Assembly: GCF_900232105.1 (NCBI RefSeq) | Contig: NZ_LT934425.1 | Span: forward strand, 3,390,001-3,422,000 | Source: Candidatus Kuenenia stuttgartensis | GTDB taxonomy: Bacteria > Planctomycetota > Brocadiia > Brocadiales > Brocadiaceae | Direction: 5' to 3' | Length of the DNA stretch: 32,000 nucleotides | Part shown: positions 26,378 to 32,000 of the stretch, piece after piece | Layout: each line of letters starts with the position of its first letter | Position numbering within the stretch: position 1 is the first letter of the stretch | Program-made: the position numbers and the translations under genes | The notes under the pieces: model-generated | The model's database searches: none | What the model saw: only the letters and a program-made list of their open reading frames with translations | Told to the model about the DNA's origin: nothing

Positions 26378-26476
26378 ATTCCAGCTTTCATTGCTACTTA
26401 AAACTAAATGTGACGTAAAGGTAGGACATGAATATTTTAATTTGTTGGGTTTCGCTTTACTTATCCCAACCTACAC
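26378..26476 (+). repeat. RayT 3'-end remnant copy C (internally deleted) plus REP hairpin
   Basis: TTCCAGCTTTCAT (SSFH) aligns with copy A. The ...AAATGTGACGTAAAGGTAGGACATGAATATTTTAATTT segment aligns with copies A and B. GTTGGGT (26444-50)-n13-TCCCAAC (26464-70), then CTAC. Confidence 0.55.
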
Positions 26477-26598
26477 AACTTGAACAGATAACATCCGGCT
26501 CGACCCGGCCGGGAATAGCATCTGTGGTTTTTGCAATGGCGGTTGCCCCTGCGTGCCCTCCATTTCGTTTGCTTCTTAAATAACGACAAATATTACTG

Positions 26599-27663
26599 AT
26601 GATAATGGATGATAAGATTATTAATGAAGCCATTCAATTCTTGATAGATGGCGGAGAACAAGAGGCAGCAGATATTCTCAAAATGTGCTCTGTGGAAAAT
26701 TGTGAAGTTGTAGATTCCTGGATGAATGGGAGTAATCAATTGGACGGTTTATCTATAGAACTGCGAGGCCCTCGCACGGCATATGAGATTCTTTCAAGAC
26801 ATGACCATCCATTGGGAGAAGAAATATTATATGCCTTTTCGGCTATCCTTCCTGGCAGCACTTATATTAAGAACTTACGAATACGTGCGGTCACTTTGCC
26901 AGAGGAAACTCGTATGCAGATAAACAATACTATACCTATGCCTGAGTTGAAGGAATTAATTCAAAAGATAGAGTCGCAAAAAGGGTTGATGATTGCAGTT
27001 GCCACCGGAGGTCCTAAGATTAAAGATGTTAATGCCCAGTATAACCACAGACGATTTGAAATTCTGCAAAAATTGCAGGATATGGGGATTGACGCCCCAA
27101 ATCCTTATCATGATCTTTGGGGTTGGTACGGAAAGTGGAGCGACGGTAGTCTCCCCAGTTGGCAAGCAAGAAGAAATTATATTGGCACTCTTTATCAGCC
27201 ATTGTTGGATGCCCTAACGATGAAAAGCAAAACAACTTCGACAGTTCAGCCGCAAGAACCTACTGGTTGGGCGCGGGTTGATCGTAACGTCGATAAGATA
27301 AATAATGCATTAGCCTATGCAGAAAATGAGGAAGATTTTCAAACGGTTGGCTTTTTATGTAGAGAAGCTATTATTTCATTGGCTCAAGCAGTTTACGACT
27401 CAACGAAACATAGCAGTGTTGACAGCATATCGCCTAGTAATACTGATGCAGCGAGAATGCTGGAAAGCTACATAGCCGCAGAGTTAGCTGGAAACTCCAA
27501 TGAGACACACCGGAAGTTTGCCAAAACAACTGTTCAGCTTGCAGTAGGCCTTCAGCATAAGCGCACAGCAAGCTTCCGAGAAGCCGCTCTCTGCGCGGAG
27601 GCGACAAGAGCAATCATCAATACCATTGCGATTATGTCAGGGCAAAGGGATCCTGAGAAATAA
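26599..27663 (+). CDS. uncharacterized 354-aa protein (possible Abi/HEPN-like; unassigned)
   Basis: Long ORF with no competing frame. Central motif HDLWGWYGKWSDGSLPSWQARRNYIGTLYQPLLDAL. Helical C-terminal domain ...CREAIISLAQAVYD...THRKFAKTTVQLAVGLQHKRTASFREAALCAEATRAIIN. No family confirmed. Confidence 0.7.
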   Translation: MIMDDKIINEAIQFLIDGGEQEAADILKMCSVENCEVVDSWMNGSNQLDGLSIELRGPRTAYEILSRHDHPLGEEILYAFSAILPGSTYIKNLRIRAVTLPEETRMQINNTIPMPELKELIQKIESQKGLMIAVATGGPKIKDVNAQYNHRRFEILQKLQDMGIDAPNPYHDLWGWYGKWSDGSLPSWQARRNYIGTLYQPLLDALTMKSKTTSTVQPQEPTGWARVDRNVDKINNALAYAENEEDFQTVGFLCREAIISLAQAVYDSTKHSSVDSISPSNTDAARMLESYIAAELAGNSNETHRKFAKTTVQLAVGLQHKRTASFREAALCAEATRAIINTIAIMSGQRDPEK

Positions 27664-27864
27664 GAAAAGCTAACGAATCATTCAATCCGACCATGAATAG
27701 CGCTCGTTTGAGTTTGGAGAAAATAGGGACAGCGACTGTTAAACAAATGGTCCAAATTCCCGGTTCCCAATTTCTAAGAATAACAGTGGGATTAATTACT
27801 GTCATAAATTATAAATTTGCTTAACGCTATCCAATTATTGATATAATATTTAAAGGAACATGAA

Positions 27865-28137
27865 ATGAAATTCGAATGGGATCCGAAGAAAGCACGCTCA
27901 AATTTGCGAAAGCACAAGGTCTCATTCGAGGAAGCTTCAATGGCGTTGAGTGACCCTATGGCTGCAACTGGCGCTGACCCGGATCATTCTATTGGCGAAT
28001 GCAGATACATTACTTTCGGCGTTTCGGAACGAGGTCGGTTATTAGTGGTCGCACACACCGAGCGAGGCGAGACTATACGAATTATAAGCGCTCGCATAGC
28101 GGGCAAAGGAGAGCGAAAGATTTATGAAGAAGGTTAA
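27865..28137 (+). CDS. brnT: BrnT-family (DUF497) toxin, second copy
   Basis: MKFEWDPKKARSNLRKHKVSFEEA...ECRYITFG...LLVVAHTERGETIRIISARIAGKGERKIYEE. Confidence 0.85.
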   Translation: MKFEWDPKKARSNLRKHKVSFEEASMALSDPMAATGADPDHSIGECRYITFGVSERGRLLVVAHTERGETIRIISARIAGKGERKIYEEG

Positions 28138-28390
28138 ACAGACAGAAAAAGATGAATTGCGTGCGGAGTATAAACGTTCAGACTTCCCAGTCCCTTTGGT
28201 GCGTGGCAAGTATGTAAGTCGCCTGCGTAAGTCATCAAATGTTATTATTCTTAAACCGGAAGTTGCTGAGGCTTTTCCAAACGAAGAAGCCGTTAATACT
28301 GCACTTCTGTCATTGATAAAGCTTGCGCAAAAAACTACACGCTTAACAAAACGCTCAACCGGACGCGTAAAAAAGCTGCATGCCGGTTAG
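28124..28390 (+). CDS. brnA: BrnA-like antitoxin, second copy
   Basis: Overlaps brnT by 14 nt. ...LRAEYKRSDFPVPLVRGKYVSRL...IILKPEVAEAFPNEEAVNTALLSL is parallel to 26112..26357. Confidence 0.7.
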   Translation: MKKVKQTEKDELRAEYKRSDFPVPLVRGKYVSRLRKSSNVIILKPEVAEAFPNEEAVNTALLSLIKLAQKTTRLTKRSTGRVKKLHAG

Positions 28391-28442
28391 CTATGCGTTA
28401 GCCCGCTAAACAACCCTGATCAGAAACAAAGGGATGTTGTAA

Positions 28443-29508
28443 ATGAAACTTACTGATACCGAAAAACGCGAAATACTGAAACTTATTGAAGCGGATAAGC
28501 CGCTACCCGATAAGTACCGCTTTATGCTCTTTGACGACAAGCGTGAGGTGGAACTGGTATGGAACGGCAAAACCAGTGAAGTGACTAATCTCGTTTTGCC
28601 TTTTCAGGTAATCGAACAGGTGGATGAACCTCGTAATTCGAAACCGATAATGGCCGTCAATAAACGCAAATCCGGAAAGGTTATTGGTGATCATTCCCGT
28701 ACCGCCGCAGTTGACAAATATCCTGTTCAACGTCCGCTTTTCGACACAAGAGGCCGTCAGAAATCCGGATGGACGAACAAACTCATCTGGGGCGACAACA
28801 AGCTCATTCTTTCATCCCTGAAAAACGGCCCCCTCCGCGCGGAAATTGAAAAGGAGGGCGGCATTAAGCTCATCTGCATCGACCCGCCATTTGATGTGGG
28901 CGCGGATTTCTCGATGGACATAGAGATCGGCGACGACACCTTCACCAAGAAACCCAATGTGCTGGAAGAACTGGCATACCGCGATACCTGGGGCAAGGGC
29001 GCTGACAGCTTCATCGCCATGATCTACGAACGCCTTGTGCTGATGCGGGATTTGCTGGTGGAAAATGGGAGTATTTATGTGCATTGTGATTGGCGGGTGA
29101 ATTCCTTCATGAGGCTTGTCATGGAGGAAGTTTTCGGTACAAGTGTTTATCGAAATGAAATTCGTTGGAAAAGACAGCCTCCTCGTGGAGCAAAAGCCAT
29201 ATCGCGCCAGTATGCTCGTTCATCAGACAGTATGCTGTATTACACAAAAAGTGATTCATATACATGGAACGCACAATTTAAAGAATACGATCAAAAATAC
29301 ATTCTGTCGAAATTTAACAAGCAAGATAAGGATGGTCGTTGGTATAGAATAGATAACATTGGTGACTACTCTGAAAAGTCGATAGCGGAGTTCCGTAAAA
29401 AAGGACGAATATATGACTATCCATCTGGTAAGGTTGGATTAATTCGTTATCTTGATGAAGCAAAAGGCGAAGCAATTACAGATATATGGTTGGATATTAA
29501 TGAAGTTA
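28443..29508 (+). pseudogene. beta-class N6/N4 DNA methyltransferase (Mod-like), 5' part, cut by IS insertion
   Basis: LPFQVIEQVDEPR..., WTNKLIWGDNKLILSSL, and motif IV ICIDPPFDVGADF. The frame runs ...ITDIWLDINEV and then enters IS sequence, stopping at 29547-29549. Confidence 0.85.
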
Positions 29509-30634
29509 TAGTCAAACAAATCAGATTTTCGAAATTTGCTCGCCAATAATTTGAAAATTTTCAGTTAAAAGAGTAGACAATTCATCTGTATACTCGTTAA
29601 TATTTTTGAAAAAACTTAAACATTTGTTTTTAAACTTCTCATAAGTATCATAATACTTGTTATACAATATTTTTTTGCGAAAGAATTTCCATAATCTTTC
29701 AATGAGATTTAAATTGGGCGAATAGGAAGGGAGAAATTTGATCTTTATTCTCGAATTTGCAAGGTATTCTTTGACCAACTTAGACCTGTAATATTTAGCA
29801 TTATCAGAGATTATGTAAATAGTACCGGCTTGAGCATACCTTGACTCTATTTCATGGAAAAGCTTTATTGTTGATTGAGCATTGATGCTTTCATCTTCCC
29901 GGATTGTTACTTCAAAGGTTTCTATGTCAATAGCCCCGTTTAAATTTATTCTTTTCCTGCCGGTATTAGAGGGTATTTCCTTCTTTTTGCCTTTCTCTAT
30001 CCAGCAATATGCAGACGTAGAATTGTGCTGTGGATGAACTCCATCCATAAAAAGTATCTTATCTCCAGGGGCTTTCTCTTCTTTGAGTTGTTTGTAGTTT
30101 TCGATAAATTCTTTTTGTTTTTCAGGGTTTGCTTTGCCTGGAACTATTGTAGTTTTCTTGTAAGTAAAGCCTAATCTATCGAGGGTATGTACCATTCCTT
30201 CGGGTGTATAGATTTTATTGAATGTCTGTTTTACATATTCAACAATTTCTTTTGCCGCACTATAGTTGTTTTTCCTGATATGATCTTTTAATTGTTCTTC
30301 TTGTTCGCAGGTGAGTTTTGGCACACAGCCAATATAATTGTCAGATAAAAGCCCGTCAAAACCTTTATCTTTGTATAGTTTTTCGTAATTCCTGATTGTT
30401 TGATCGTCTAACAAGAGCGCCTCTGCTACTTCTTCATAACTCCATCCTGAATCAAGAAGAAGTATAGCTTTGATTTGGTCGGCATGACGTCTATGAGGCT
30501 CTTTCTTATGTGCTTTTTTAAATTCTATTCGGGTTTTTTCACTGAGAAATGGATTCATGCAGAATTTAATACTCTAGAAACAATTCAAATGCAAGAAAAA
30601 AACAGGTTCTTCTAAAAATAAATGCTTTTTACTA
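29509..30634 (-). mobile_element. IS630-family insertion sequence (about 1.13 kb) with TA target duplication
   Basis: TA at 29507-08 and at 30635-36 flank the element. Imperfect terminal IRs: TAGTCAAACAAATCAGATTTTCGAA versus the reverse complement of the other end, TAGTAAAAAGCATTTATTTTTAGAA. Deleting the element plus one TA restores the methyltransferase frame (..[21 protein letters not shown]..). Ends are ambiguous by the TA. Confidence 0.85.
29521..30558 (-). CDS. IS630-family DDE transposase
   Basis: 345 aa, intact. N-terminal HTH region (...GWSYEEVAEALLLDDQTIRNY...). DDE-type motifs FMDGVHPQHN, IISDNAKYYRS, LPSYSPNLNLIERLWKFFRKK. Confidence 0.9.
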   Translation of the reverse strand: MNPFLSEKTRIEFKKAHKKEPHRRHADQIKAILLLDSGWSYEEVAEALLLDDQTIRNYEKLYKDKGFDGLLSDNYIGCVPKLTCEQEEQLKDHIRKNNYSAAKEIVEYVKQTFNKIYTPEGMVHTLDRLGFTYKKTTIVPGKANPEKQKEFIENYKQLKEEKAPGDKILFMDGVHPQHNSTSAYCWIEKGKKKEIPSNTGRKRINLNGAIDIETFEVTIREDESINAQSTIKLFHEIESRYAQAGTIYIISDNAKYYRSKLVKEYLANSRIKIKFLPSYSPNLNLIERLWKFFRKKILYNKYYDTYEKFKNKCLSFFKNINEYTDELSTLLTENFQIIGEQISKI

Positions 30635-31049
30635 TAATTCTCAAGCCCTTGAAGATACGAAGTACGCGACCCAAAAGCCCGAAGCCCTGCTCGAACGTAT
30701 TATAAAGGCATCCTCCAACGAAAACGACATCGTTGCGGATTTTTTCTGCGGTTCCGGCACCACGCCGGCTGTGGCCGAAAAACTGGGGCGTAAGTGGATC
30801 GGCGCAGACCTAGGCAAGTTTGCTATCCATACCACCCGCAAGCGCATGATTGGCGTTCAGCGTCAGCTTAAAGAAGATGGCAAGGACTTCCGCGCCTTTG
30901 AGATACTCAACCTCGGTAAGTACGAGCGGGCGCATTACATCGGCGTTTCCTCATTTATTGAACCGCGAATAGACGCTAATGGACGCAAATCAAAACAAAA
31001 AGACATTAGCGTTAATTCGGTACGCCAAGAAGCGTATATATATCAGTTG
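30635..31049 (+). pseudogene. DNA methyltransferase, 3' continuation (motifs X/I), running into a group II intron
   Basis: ..[58 protein letters not shown]... carries the FxGxG SAM-binding motif after the TRD, which is beta-class order. It continues ...[16 protein letters not shown]... The present frame stops at 31071-73, inside the presumed intron. Confidence 0.8.
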
Positions 31050-32000
31050 GTGCAAATCCAACCCGCCAATTGACCGTTCGGGCGGTAGTGAAAGAGGCAG
31101 AAAACCTCACGGGAGAACGTAAACAGCGATGAATACGTTCGAGTCCCCTGTAGCGAGCAGTCAGACCGTAGCGCAAGCGAACACGCAGGCTTCGTTACGC
31201 TAAAAATACGATAGATGAGCCTCCCGGATTGGGCGAAATCTGTAATCGCATAGGTAGAAAGAGACAAACGGTAGAACTATGCGGTGTCGTCGGAGTTGAG
31301 AGTGACGGTATGACTGTAAAAGGTATATATATGAACTTGGGAGGTCTCATTGTTCAGGTTGATGACCGTAACGCATACTATAAGGGAAGCCGAAGGGTAT
31401 AGCGGGATAATGAGAAGTCGGAGATGCCCATAGTAGTGAAGATGGTGAAGACAACATAACTTCACCGTAGCGAAGGGGCATTACTTCAGTTAACGTTTAC
31501 AAAGAAAGGAGGAAATTGTATTGGGAGACCTACAAGCAATACCGAAATCGCAAATGAGCGATGATGAAAGAGTCCGAGACTTTCAGCGTAAACTATATCG
31601 AAAAGCCAAACAGGAAGAAGGATTTCGCTTTTATGTATTGTATGACAAGGTGAGAATGTTGCATTTTTTGAGAGAGGCGTACAAGCGCTGCAAAGCCAAT
31701 GGAGGAAGCGCCGGGGCAGACGGGATTACATTTGAAGATGTGGAGTCATACGGGGTGGAGAAGTTTCTTGGAGAGATAATAGAGGAACTTGAAAACAAAA
31801 CCTACGAACCACAGCCGGTACTGAGAGTGTACATACCTAAAACCAACGGTAAGACACGACCATTGGGAATCCCTGTGATAAAAGACAGGGTAGTGCAGAT
31901 GAGTGTAAAGCTTGTAATAGAGCCGATATTCGAAGCAGACTTTGAAGATAGCTCCTACGGATTCCGACCGGGACGTTCAGCGGGCGATGCTGTGAGGAAA
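31050..32000 (+). mobile_element. group II intron, 5' part (domains I-IV with RT ORF), truncated by the window end
   Basis: An RT/maturase ORF starts at 31521, preceded by about 470 nt of ORF-free, stem-rich sequence. GTGCA at 31050 is the best fit to the GUGYG 5' consensus. The 5' boundary is not proven. Confidence 0.75.
31521..32000 (+). CDS. group II intron reverse transcriptase/maturase (N-terminal 160 codons, partial)
   Basis: Absent from the supplied ORF track because there is no stop in the window. AAAGGAGG lies 8 nt before TTG 31521; an in-frame ATG is at 31554. ...FQRKLYRKAKQEEGFRFYVLYDKV...AYKRCKANGGSAGADGITFEDVE...RVYIPKTNGKTRPLGIPVIKDRVVQMSVKLVIEPIFEADFEDSSYGFRPGRSAGDAV gives RT domains 0-2 of group II IEPs. 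Confidence 0.9.
   Translation, partial: MGDLQAIPKSQMSDDERVRDFQRKLYRKAKQEEGFRFYVLYDKVRMLHFLREAYKRCKANGGSAGADGITFEDVESYGVEKFLGEIIEELENKTYEPQPVLRVYIPKTNGKTRPLGIPVIKDRVVQMSVKLVIEPIFEADFEDSSYGFRPGRSAGDAVRK

Noticed and set aside
30641-30847. Track ORFs 30641-30847(-) and 30771-31073(+) as independent genes.
   Set aside because: The plus-strand ORF is simply the tail of the interrupted methyltransferase frame, which is open from 30636, and the minus-strand ORF is its shadow.
31043-31465. Minus-strand ORFs 31043-31267 and 31277-31465, and a tRNA-like GTTCGAGTCCCC T-loop-like string near 31136.
   Set aside because: They lie in the presumed domain I-III RNA of the group II intron. No acceptor or anticodon arms can be built around the T-loop-like string.

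Overview
Chromosomal segment of a diderm bacterium, AT-rich by eye (no GC values computed). Housekeeping genes are purF, purM, fhs, secA, waaA, metK, a thrC-like gene, a DUF1015 gene and an outer-membrane beta-barrel. Two accessory patches interrupt them. Patch 1 (about 2.9-7.2 kb) lies between a radical-SAM/SPASM gene and a B12-type radical-SAM + GT2 + purM unit. It holds decayed nucleotidyltransferase fragments, an AT-rich trio of uncharacterized proteins (a membrane-anchored PD-(D/E)XK-like protein, a membrane-anchored unknown, a small GIY-YIG-like protein), a DUF4258/MqsA-like pair, a DUF433 gene with an in-frame stop, and a mazEF-like pair. Patch 2 (about 24.5-32 kb) holds three decayed copies of a RayT-type transposase 3' end, two of them followed by a GTAG-headed REP hairpin and one by a truncated one. 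Between and after them sit a decayed mazEF pair, two brnTA pairs and a 354-aa orphan protein. A beta-class DNA methyltransferase follows, split by an intact IS630-family element and then running into a group II intron whose RT ORF leaves the window and is missing from the ORF track. hicBA and mntA with a truncated hepT lie between metK and the DUF1015 gene. A SAM-I riboswitch with terminator/antiterminator precedes the thrC-like gene. Every family call comes from reading motifs by eye; no searches were run.
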